Origin: Paracoccaceae bacterium
Lineage (GTDB): Bacteria > Pseudomonadota > Alphaproteobacteria > Rhodobacterales > Rhodobacteraceae
Assembly: GCA_007692585.1 (NCBI GenBank)
Contig: REBU01000105.1
Span: forward strand, 197 to 64,196
Length of the DNA stretch: 64,000 nucleotides
Direction of reading: 5' to 3'
Shown here: one piece after another, positions 37,092 through 44,578 of the stretch
Position numbering within the stretch: the first letter of the stretch is position 1
Layout: the number at the start of each line of letters is the position of its first letter
The notes under the pieces: generated by a model
Told to the model about the DNA's origin: nothing
Seen by the model: the letters and a program-made list of their open reading frames with translations, nothing else
Databases searched by the model: none
Translations under genes and position numbers: made by a program

Positions 37092-38942
37092 TTACCCGAC
37101 GCTCTCGCCAGCCATCTGCTGGAGCTGGATGATCACGAACTCCGCAGGCCGCAGCGGTGCGAACCCCACACTGATCCGCACCAGACCCTGACCAATATCC
37201 GCTTGCGTCGTGGTTTCACTGTCACATTTCACGAAAAACGCTTCCGAGGCAGAGGCCCCCTGGAACGCACCCTGCCGGAACAGCCCGTTCATGTAAGAGC
37301 CCACATTCAGCCGGATCTGTGCCCATAGCGGTTCGTCATTGGGCTCAAACACCACCCATTGCAGCCCGCGATACAGGCTTTCCTCGATATTTAGCGCCAT
37401 GCGGCGGACCGGGATGTATTTCCACTCGCTGGCGAAACGGTCATCGCCTTGCAAGGTGCGCGCGCCCCAGACCACCCGACCGGCAGGTGGCCGCGTACGC
37501 AGGCAGTTTATCCCCAGCGGATTCAACTGCCCGTTCTCCGCATCGGTCAGCGGCACCGTCAGCCCCGGCACGCCGCGCAGCGTCGCATCAAGCCCAGCCG
37601 GCGCTTTCCAGACCCCACGCGCGGCGTCCGTGCGCGCCATGATCCCCGCCACGGCACCGCAGGGGGCAAAAGCCTCGATCTGGTTCTCGCGCAAGGGGTT
37701 GGGCTGGCGCAGGCGCGGGAAAAACAGCGCGGCGTTGCGACTGACCGTGCCGATCCCCGCCGCCATTCCGCTGATAGCCTGCGCGACGCTGCCCCAGCTT
37801 GACGGCGGGTCCACGATCAGCAGCGCGCGGCGCTGTTCACAATAGCTCGCCGCCACAGTCCAGACCCCGCTGGTCGTATCAGTCTGGGGCGCGAAGGGCG
37901 GGATGCACAGGAGATTGAAGATATCCGCATCTTCAAGCGCATAGATCCCGGTCTTGTTGGCTTGCGACCCGGTGTAATCCCCGGCGCTCAGCTCGACCCC
38001 GTCAGATGCCTGCGTCGTCACCCCCGTCGATAACGTATCCGAGAACGGATCCGCCCCCACCGACACTGCGCCGCTATCGGGCGGCCGCGCGCCGGGCAAT
38101 GGCCCGAAATTGCGCACCAGCATCGAGCCGTTCGCCAGCACAAGGTCCACCCTGCGCGGATGGTTCACATCAACCGAGACATTGCGAAAGACCTCGACCG
38201 CGCCCGTCGATGCGTCGCGGATGGTCAGGTTGAACAAATCAACCGCGCCCCCGGCCACATTGTGATCGACCCGCGCCCGCAGCGCATTGCCCCAGGTCCC
38301 GCCATTCGCAGCCTCAAGGTTCAGCCCCCCCGCGAGCGCGATGCGCGCCCGTGTGACCGGTGCAGCCGCCTGCGCCACCGCACTGACCGCGCCTGCGACA
38401 GCCGCCGTCGCGGCATCGGCCACATCCTGCGGTGTCGCGGCCCCGGCCACCGCGGCCTGCGCAGCCGCAACCACAGCGCCTGCGGCAGTCGCGGCACTGG
38501 GTCCGGCAGCGGCGGCCGCAGCAAGCGCGGCCTGGGCTGCGTCCGCGACATCCTGCGGCGCTGTCGCAGCGGCCACAGCCCCAGTGGCGGCAGTGACGAT
38601 GGCATCAGCCGCCGTCTGAGCCTCGGCAGTGGCCGAAGCTTCAGCCGCCGCGCGGGCAGTCTCGTCAGCAAAAAAAGGGGCGAACAGGCGCACGACCACA
38701 GCCTGCCCCCCGCCGTTGAGAAAGAAATCCCGGATCGCAAAACTCAAGGTCGAGGCGGCCCACAGACCGCCGAACGAGCGCTCGAAATCCCCGAAACTGT
38801 TGACAATGGTCGGAGTGTTGACTGGCCCGCGCGCCGCGCGTCCCACAAAGGCAGCAACGGCGGTCGGAACGCCGGATATTCCCCTTACGCCACTTGGAAC
38901 TTCTTCTACATACACACCTGGGTAGCTGACGTTTACTGGCAT
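37092..38942 (-). CDS. contractile tail sheath protein (Afp2-4-like) with Ala-rich internal insertion
   Basis: The N-terminal sheath signature is MPVNVSYPGVYVEEVPSGVRGISGVPTAVAAFVGRAARGP...FGDFERSFGG...FFLNGGGQAVVVRL. The C-terminal part IPVRRMALNIEESL...WVVFEPNDEPLWAQIRLNVGSYMNGLFRQGAFQG is typical of sheath C-domains. Confidence 0.93.
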   Translation of the reverse strand: MPVNVSYPGVYVEEVPSGVRGISGVPTAVAAFVGRAARGPVNTPTIVNSFGDFERSFGGLWAASTLSFAIRDFFLNGGGQAVVVRLFAPFFADETARAAAEASATAEAQTAADAIVTAATGAVAAATAPQDVADAAQAALAAAAAAGPSAATAAGAVVAAAQAAVAGAATPQDVADAATAAVAGAVSAVAQAAAPVTRARIALAGGLNLEAANGGTWGNALRARVDHNVAGGAVDLFNLTIRDASTGAVEVFRNVSVDVNHPRRVDLVLANGSMLVRNFGPLPGARPPDSGAVSVGADPFSDTLSTGVTTQASDGVELSAGDYTGSQANKTGIYALEDADIFNLLCIPPFAPQTDTTSGVWTVAASYCEQRRALLIVDPPSSWGSVAQAISGMAAGIGTVSRNAALFFPRLRQPNPLRENQIEAFAPCGAVAGIMARTDAARGVWKAPAGLDATLRGVPGLTVPLTDAENGQLNPLGINCLRTRPPAGRVVWGARTLQGDDRFASEWKYIPVRRMALNIEESLYRGLQWVVFEPNDEPLWAQIRLNVGSYMNGLFRQGAFQGASASEAFFVKCDSETTTQADIGQGLVRISVGFAPLRPAEFVIIQLQQMAGESVG

Positions 38943-38975
38943 TGTGCTAACCCTTGATGCCGATTCCCATTAACC

Positions 38976-39004
38976 ATGTTAGCGGATGGATCACCTTCTG
39001 ACAA
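38976..39004 (-). promoter_or_regulatory. sigma70-like promoter candidate for the CIS operon
   Basis: On the minus strand: TTGTCA (39004-38999), 17-nt spacer, TAACAT (38981-38976). This implies a 5' UTR of roughly 25-30 nt before the sheath ATG (38942). Confidence 0.3.
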
Positions 39005-39011
39005 TCACGAA

Positions 39012-39030
39012 CTGCGACCTATGGTCGCAG
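39012..39030. promoter_or_regulatory. perfect palindrome just upstream of the -35 candidate (possible operator)
   Basis: CTGCGACC (39012-39019), TAT, GGTCGCAG (39023-39030). Confidence 0.3.
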
Positions 39031-39205
39031 TCATGCGCGCACTCAAATCGGTCAGTTTTCAGGGGCTACATGTGGGCATGACAATGCCCTCGCGACACAT
39101 CCTCTCCGCAACCTGATAGCTTCGCCGCGGGACAATCTGCAGCTGCGCGAGCGGTGTCTTTCCTTCCATTGCGCTGTCGCCATTTTGGGTTGACACCGGG
39201 TCCTG

Positions 39206-39214
39206 CCCCCCCCC
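39206..39214. repeat. C9 (G9 on the operon strand) homopolymer tract in the CIS upstream region
   Basis: Nine consecutive C at 39206-39214, counted directly. Lies 264-272 nt upstream of the sheath ATG. Confidence 0.9.
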
Positions 39215-39588
39215 TTGCCGGATGACCGATGCTGTCGCGAAAAGGACACTCTGCAGCACAGTCCAGCCGCCCGCAGAGGCCGCAGCCTGGCGGCCCCGGA
39301 TGCCCCTCGCGCGGTGTGGGCGCATCGGATGCGCCGCCGCACCAGTGGTCGTGTCCGGCGCGCGCTCTTTCATCGCGCATCTGTTGCGCCCGAAGGCGTG
39401 GTGTTCGCATCCCGATCAGCACTTTTGATCGCCTGACCATGCGAAAGCGGAAATGGCACAACGGGACAGGGGGTCATGCTGGCATGTCATCCCCATGGCC
39501 GGGGCGCTTCGACAGAAAAGCCACGGCACATCTGTCCGCCAAGGCGGAGGCCGGCTTAACTCTGCGCCGCGCACTTGCCCGCCCCCCC

Positions 39589-40626
39589 TCAAGGGTCGAA
39601 CAGCCGCCCCTGCCCTACCGGAGCGGGGGCGGCCAGCCCCAGATGCGCCCAGGCTTTCGCCGCCAGCATTCGCCCGCGAGGAGTGCGCGCGATCAGGCCC
39701 TGTTGCAGCAGGAAAGGTTCAATCACCTCTTCGATCGCATCGCGCGATTCCGACAACGCTGCCGCAATCGTTTCGACGCCCACAGGCCCGCCGCCGTAAT
39801 TCTCGGCCAAGAGCGACAGATAGCGCCGATCCGCCCCGTCGAGGCCCAGATGATCCACCCCCAGGCGCGTCAACGCGCCATCCGCCAGCGTCTGCGTCAG
39901 CCGCCCGTCGCCTTCGACCAGCGCGAAATCCACCACCCGCCGCAACAGCCGTCCGGCAATGCGCGGTGTGCCGCGCGCCCGGCGCGCCACTTCGCGCACG
40001 CCCTCTTCCTCGGCTGCAATGCCCAGAAGCCGCGCCCCGCGCGCGACGATCAGGCACAGCTCATCCTCCGTGTAGAATTGCAGCCGCGTCGGGATGCCGA
40101 AGCGGTCGCGCAGGGGCGTCGTGAGCAACCCCAGCCGGGTCGTGGCACCAACCAGCGTGAAGGGCTGCAATTCGATGCGCACTGTGCGCGCCGCAGGCCC
40201 TTCGCCGATCACCAGATCGAGCTGGAAATCCTCCAGCGCGGGATAAAGCACCTCCTCGACCGCCGGGTTCATGCGGTGGATTTCATCGATGAACAGCACA
40301 TCGCGCGCTTCGAGATTGGTCAGGATCGCCGCCAGATCCCCCGCCTTGGCCAGCACCGGACCAGAGGTCATCCGAAACCCGACACCGAGTTCGCGCGCCA
40401 TGATCTGCGCCAGCGTCGTCTTGCCCAGACCCGGCGGGCCATAGAACAGCGTGTGATCCATCGCCTCGCCCCGCATCCGCGCGGACTGGATGAACACGCG
40501 CAGATTGGCCCGCGCCTCTTTTTGCCCGATGAACTCCTCCAGGCTCTGGGGCCGCAACGCGCGGTCCAGCTCGGGATTGTCTTCAGGCAGATCGCCGCCA
40601 CGCAGGCTGGGGTCGGGACTGGTCAT
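39589..40626 (-). CDS. ruvB: Holliday junction branch-migration helicase RuvB
   Basis: [18 protein letters not shown] and [10 protein letters not shown]; 345 aa. Confidence 0.97.
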   Translation of the reverse strand: MTSPDPSLRGGDLPEDNPELDRALRPQSLEEFIGQKEARANLRVFIQSARMRGEAMDHTLFYGPPGLGKTTLAQIMARELGVGFRMTSGPVLAKAGDLAAILTNLEARDVLFIDEIHRMNPAVEEVLYPALEDFQLDLVIGEGPAARTVRIELQPFTLVGATTRLGLLTTPLRDRFGIPTRLQFYTEDELCLIVARGARLLGIAAEEEGVREVARRARGTPRIAGRLLRRVVDFALVEGDGRLTQTLADGALTRLGVDHLGLDGADRRYLSLLAENYGGGPVGVETIAAALSESRDAIEEVIEPFLLQQGLIARTPRGRMLAAKAWAHLGLAAPAPVGQGRLFDP

Positions 40627-40631
40627 GCCGT

Positions 40632-41303
40632 CTACCCTTTCGGTGCGAGACGCCGCAACGCGTCGCGGATCAGCGCGGGGGTTTCCGCCTCAGGCGCATT
40701 GGCCTGGGCCTCAGCGACCGCTCGCGCGGCGTCAGACGGCGCGTAGCCGAGATTGGCCAGCGCCGACATCGCCTCGGACACTGCGTTCGAGGCGGCAGGC
40801 ATCGCCGCAGGGATCGTCGGCGCAGCGGCAACAGCCACAGGGGCCTCTGCATCTGCCGTCCGCGCAGGCATCGCAGGCGCGCTTTCCATGACGGCCATCA
40901 GCGCCGGGGCCTTGTCCTTCAACTCATTAGCGATGCGCAGCGCCAGTTTCGGCCCGACACCGGGCGCGCGGCGCAGGGCCGCCGCATCGCCCAGCGCAAT
41001 CGCGCGCGACACACCGTCGGGCCCGAGCGCGCCAAGGATCGCCATGGATGCTTTCGCCCCCACGCCCTGCACCGAAGTCAACACGCGATGCCATTCCTTT
41101 TCCAAGAGCGTCGGAAAGCCGAACAACTGCATCAGATCCTCGCGCACGACCAGCTCCGTATAAAGCGCCGCGACCTCGCCCCGCCCCGGCAGCGCCATCA
41201 GCGTGCGCTCCGAGACATGCACGATATAGCCCACCCCGCGCACATCAAGCAGCACATGATCCGCGCCGCGCATCTCGATCACGCCCGTCAGCTTGCCGAT
41301 CAT
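40632..41303 (-). CDS. ruvA: Holliday junction DNA-binding protein RuvA
   Basis: MIGKLTGVI...GVGYIVHVS...[16 protein letters not shown]...[11 protein letters not shown]. Confidence 0.95.
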   Translation of the reverse strand: MIGKLTGVIEMRGADHVLLDVRGVGYIVHVSERTLMALPGRGEVAALYTELVVREDLMQLFGFPTLLEKEWHRVLTSVQGVGAKASMAILGALGPDGVSRAIALGDAAALRRAPGVGPKLALRIANELKDKAPALMAVMESAPAMPARTADAEAPVAVAAAPTIPAAMPAASNAVSEAMSALANLGYAPSDAARAVAEAQANAPEAETPALIRDALRRLAPKG

Positions 41304-41803
41304 CGCCCGCCCCCTGCCAGCATCATGCTGCGCGCCGACTGGCTGTGAAACGCATGACAGATGGCAATCGCCAGCGCATCGGCGGCATCGGGCCCCGCGA
41401 TCTCGACACCGGGCAGCTGCATGCGCACCATGTGATCGACCTGCTCCTTGGCGGCCTTGCCGACACCGACGACCGCTTTCTTGACCGCATTGGGCGCGTA
41501 TTCGCCCACCTCCAGCCCCGCCTGCGCGGGCACCAGAAGCGCGATCCCACGCGCCGAGCCAAGTTTCAGCGTCGCCACGGCATCCTTGTTGACGAAAGTC
41601 TGTTCCACCGCGGCGCTGCCGGGCGCGAATCGCACCATCACCTGCGTCAATTGCGCGTGCAGTTCGAGCAGCCGCGCGGCCAAAGTGCCATCGGGCTGCG
41701 AATGACAGATACCGTTGGCCACATGGCGCAGGCGCGGGCCGTCGACATCGATCACGCCCCAGCCCATATTCCGCAGCCCCGGATCAATGCCAATCACACG
41801 CAT
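41300..41803 (-). CDS. ruvC: crossover junction endodeoxyribonuclease RuvC
   Basis: [18 protein letters not shown]... Overlaps the ruvA start by 4 nt. Confidence 0.95.
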   Translation of the reverse strand: MRVIGIDPGLRNMGWGVIDVDGPRLRHVANGICHSQPDGTLAARLLELHAQLTQVMVRFAPGSAAVEQTFVNKDAVATLKLGSARGIALLVPAQAGLEVGEYAPNAVKKAVVGVGKAAKEQVDHMVRMQLPGVEIAGPDAADALAIAICHAFHSQSARSMMLAGGGR

Positions 41804-42048
41804 GTTCAGCTCTTTTTTTATCTGCCCTTCACACAGTTAGCACGAAAAGCGAACATCTGCCAAGGGTCGGTTGCAGCACGCCTCGCAAATCGCAAGGCGC
41901 AGCCTGCGAGGCCACACCACCGGCTATGCTGCAGATGCATAATGGCTTTGCAAAAACTCATCCTGCTCGCGGCGATGATTTCAGCATATCTGCCTTCAGA
42001 TCGCCTACGAATTCGGCGGTTTGAAAAGTTTTCTTCTTGGAGGCCGAA

Positions 42049-42258
42049 ATGACCTATTTTGCACATCACCGCAGCCAGACGGAGCTGGTGTTGTCGGGTT
42101 TGCAGGGCCTGACACCTGGCGCACTTCTTGCCACTTTCAGGTCGTGGAACGACGCGCGCATCACGCGCAATGCGCTGAACGCGCTCAGCGACCGCGAATT
42201 GTCCGATATCGGACTGGCGCGCAGCGATATCGACGCTGTCGCCAACCGCAACAGTTGA
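42049..42258 (+). CDS. DUF1127 domain small protein
   Basis: Start at MTYFAHH, with RBS GGAGG at 42039-43. The C-terminal part RITRNALNALSDRELSDIGLARSDID is the DUF1127 signature. Confidence 0.8.
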   Translation: MTYFAHHRSQTELVLSGLQGLTPGALLATFRSWNDARITRNALNALSDRELSDIGLARSDIDAVANRNS

Positions 42259-42290
42259 TCACCCTGACATCCCTGCCATGTATTGTATGA

Positions 42291-42316
42291 AGCCGCCCTG
42301 TTCGGGGCGGCTTTTG
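42291..42316 (+). terminator. rho-independent terminator after the DUF1127 gene
   Basis: AGCCGCCC (42291-42298), loop TGTTCG, GGGCGGCT (42305-42312), then TTTT. Confidence 0.65.
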
Positions 42317-42375
42317 CATGTGACGCAGCGATCTGGACCATGGCGGCGCGCGGCCTGCAGGGGCCGCGCCTGACC

Positions 42376-42747
42376 TCAGGGACGCGGGGCCTCGACCGTG
42401 GATGCTGCGACATTGGTGACGCTGGGCAACATAGGGCCAATAAATCCGGCAATCTGCAACGAGATCGGGTCCACTCCGAGCAGCTGCGCCACGACCGAAG
42501 ACTCGCCCTGACCTTCGACCATCGGCGCAACCAGCGCGGCATAGTCGCGCGGACCGTTCAGCGCCAGCACGAAGCTCTTGAGCAAGAGCAAGAAGACACC
42601 GAGCGTCACGACACTGCCCAGAACCGACGAGATCAGGCCCAATCGTCGCGCACGACGCATCTTGCGGTACTTTGGATCGTTCTTGAGGTGCTTTTGCACC
42701 ACGCGCATACGGCGCTTCTTGAAATCCAGTTCCTGTTCCGGCGTCAT
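42376..42747 (-). CDS. hypothetical membrane protein
   Basis: Start at MTPEQELDFKKRRMR, with a GAGG RBS upstream. Has a basic N-terminus and one clear hydrophobic helix, LGLISSVLGSVVTLGVFLLLL. Confidence 0.5.
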   Translation of the reverse strand: MTPEQELDFKKRRMRVVQKHLKNDPKYRKMRRARRLGLISSVLGSVVTLGVFLLLLKSFVLALNGPRDYAALVAPMVEGQGESSVVAQLLGVDPISLQIAGFIGPMLPSVTNVAASTVEAPRP

Positions 42748-42867
42748 GGGCGGCCTCAATTCCAGGGAGTGATGCAGAGTTTGCACTGCTTCTCTTTCGC
42801 TACCCTTTCGAAATAATTTAAAATTCAGGCAAAAATTTGACGAGTCGCGGGCCGGGTCTGCCCAAAT

Positions 42868-43734
42868 TCATCGACGCAGCGTCAAAGTGGCCCATTCACC
42901 GATATCTTCACGATGCGCCAGCGCGAAGCCTTCCGCCTCATAGGCCGCGAGAACCTGCGCGGCCTGTTCCACCAGCAGGCCCGACAGGATCACATGACTG
43001 CCTGCGCGCGTGACCCGCGCCATGTCCGGGGCAAGGGCAATCAGCGGCCCCATCAGGATATTGGCGAAAACCAGATCATAGGGGGCCGCGGCCTGCAGGT
43101 CAGGGTGATCAAATCCCGTGGCCTCCAGACAGCGCACGCGCCCTTCCAGATCATTCGCGGCAATATTGACCGTCGCCACTTCGACAGCGACTGCGTCAAT
43201 GTCACTTGCCAGCACCGGCTCGGGCCAGATCCGCGCAGCCGCCATCGCCAGCACGGCGGTCCCGCAGCCAATATCGACCACGTTGCGCCCCCGAAATCCG
43301 GCCGCGTCCAACCGGTCAAGCGCGCGCAGACAGCCCAGAGTCGTGCCGTGATGGCCGGTGCCGAAAGCCATCGACGCTTCGATCAACAGCCCAACACGCC
43401 CCTCGGGCAGCTTGTCGGCATCGTGACTGCCATAGACGAAAAACCGCCCCGCCTCGACGGGCGAGAGATCCCGGCGGACCTTCGCGACCCAGTCGATTTC
43501 GGGCAATTCCGACACGATGAAAGGCTGCGCGCCGAAAGCCTGCGCCATCAGCATCAGCTCGATCTCGTCCGGCTCCTCGACGAAATAGCCGCCGACTTCC
43601 CACAGGTTAGAGCCGTCTTCCATCTCGAACACCCCGACCCCCGTGGGCTCAGGGTCCATGTTTTCCATCGCCTCGGACAGCGCATAGGCCGCCTCGGCAG
43701 AGGTGAGTTTGGTGATGGCAGTAAAGGTGGTCAT
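42868..43734 (-). CDS. prmA: ribosomal protein L11 methyltransferase
   Basis: Start at MTTFTAITK (ATG 43732-34). Carries FGTGHHGTTLGCL and the SAM motif VDIGCGTAVLAMAA. Confidence 0.9.
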   Translation of the reverse strand: MTTFTAITKLTSAEAAYALSEAMENMDPEPTGVGVFEMEDGSNLWEVGGYFVEEPDEIELMLMAQAFGAQPFIVSELPEIDWVAKVRRDLSPVEAGRFFVYGSHDADKLPEGRVGLLIEASMAFGTGHHGTTLGCLRALDRLDAAGFRGRNVVDIGCGTAVLAMAAARIWPEPVLASDIDAVAVEVATVNIAANDLEGRVRCLEATGFDHPDLQAAAPYDLVFANILMGPLIALAPDMARVTRAGSHVILSGLLVEQAAQVLAAYEAEGFALAHREDIGEWATLTLRR

Positions 43735-43810
43735 GGGCGGCGGCCTTCCTTGGGCGGGATCAGGGGCCGCGATACTGGCGCGGCCCTGCCCGGTCAAGGG
43801 AAACCCGCGA

Positions 43811-43869
43811 CGCCTTGCGCCCTCGCGCGGGGGCACACCCCGCGTGCCCCCGCCCGAGGGCGCAAGGCG
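43811..43869 (-). terminator. long GC-rich hairpin immediately after the msrA stop (terminator or REP-like element)
   Basis: The 26-nt arms (43811-43836 and 43844-43869) are complementary with one mismatch, and the loop is 7 nt. The hairpin begins 1 nt after the msrA stop codon. Confidence 0.5.
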
Positions 43870-44520
43870 TCAGGCGCCTACGCCAATCGGGCAGCTCACC
43901 CCGGTGCCGCCGATGCCACAATATCCCTGTGGGTTCTTGTGCAGATATTGCTGATGATAGGATTCGGCAAAGTAGAACACCGGCGCCTCGATGATCTCGG
44001 TCGTGATCACCCCGTATCCCGCGGACTGCAGCCGCCCTTCATAGGCCACGCGGCTCGCCTGCGCCGCGTCTCGCTGCGCAGGCCCGCAACAATAAATCCC
44101 CGAACGATATTGCGTGCCCCGGTCATTGCCCTGTCGCATGCCCTGCGTCGGATCATGGTTTTCCCAGAACACCTGCAACAGCGCCTCATAGCTGATCTGC
44201 GCGGGATCGAAGATCACCCGCACGACTTCGTTATGGCCGGTCTTGCCCGTGCAGACTTCTTCATAGGTCGGGTTCGGCGTGAAGCCGCCGGCATAACCGA
44301 CCATGCTCAGCCAGACCCCCGGCACGCGCCAGAAAATCCGCTCGACGCCCCAGAAACAGCCCATCCCGAACATCGCCTCCTCCATGCCCTCGGGCAAAGG
44401 GGCTTGAAGCGGGCGGCCCGAAATCGCATGGGTCTGCGCGGTCGCGATGGGGCTTGGGCGGCCCGGCAGAGCCTCGGCCTCAGGGATCATGCGGGTCTTG
44501 TCAGCGCCAAATCCGAACAT
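43870..44520 (-). CDS. msrA: peptide-methionine (S)-S-oxide reductase
   Basis: Start at MFGFGADK (ATG 44518-20). Carries the active-site motif GMGCFWGVE. Confidence 0.93.
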   Translation of the reverse strand: MFGFGADKTRMIPEAEALPGRPSPIATAQTHAISGRPLQAPLPEGMEEAMFGMGCFWGVERIFWRVPGVWLSMVGYAGGFTPNPTYEEVCTGKTGHNEVVRVIFDPAQISYEALLQVFWENHDPTQGMRQGNDRGTQYRSGIYCCGPAQRDAAQASRVAYEGRLQSAGYGVITTEIIEAPVFYFAESYHQQYLHKNPQGYCGIGGTGVSCPIGVGA

Positions 44521-44578
44521 GGCAAAATCTCCTTGTGTTAAGCTGAAATATAGCCGCGCCCAGGCCAATGACAACGGC

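Larger units (their letters stand above)
9092..38942 (-). other. contractile injection system (Afp/PVC-like eCIS) gene cluster: 19 co-directional genes, probably one operon
   Basis: All component calls are listed below. ATGA-type 4-nt start/stop overlaps occur at 14068-71, 16842-45, 19268-71, 19621-24, 20505-08, 21650-53, 31517-20, 31744-47, 33609-12, 34901-04 and 35779-82. Confidence 0.9.

Noticed and set aside
9092-38942. Interpretation of the cluster as a prophage or a gene transfer agent (RcGTA-like)
   Set aside because: There are no terminase, portal, capsid, protease, head-tail connector, integrase or lysis genes in or next to the cluster. GTAs are siphovirus-like, without a contractile sheath. 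An Afp15-like ATPase, a DUF4255 cap and DUF4157 proteins are not phage or GTA features.
9092-38942. Interpretation as a type VI secretion system
   Set aside because: There are no TssJ/L/M membrane complex, TssA, TssK, TssE-F-G set or ClpV genes. A tape-measure-like protein and a DUF4255 cap are present, which T6SS lack.
9092-38942. Interpretation as an R-type tailocin
   Set aside because: Tailocin clusters normally include a holin/endolysin lysis cassette, regulators and phage-type fibres with chaperones, and they carry no cargo genes. None of those is seen here, while eCIS-specific genes are present. It cannot be excluded absolutely without experiments.
39066-39461. 131-aa minus-strand ORF, and overlapping ORFs, in the region upstream of the sheath gene; a possible regulator
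   Set aside because: The translation (MCHFRFRMVRRSKVLIGMRTPRLRAQQ…, Cys/Gly/Arg/Pro-rich) has no HTH or other motif and no RBS. Several overlapping frames are equally open. I treat the region as non-coding.
39582-39588. C7 tract next to the ruvB stop, and a C7 tract at 49977-49983
   Set aside because: These are short homopolymers at gene ends in a G+C-rich genome, with no positional link to a promoter. They are not considered meaningful.
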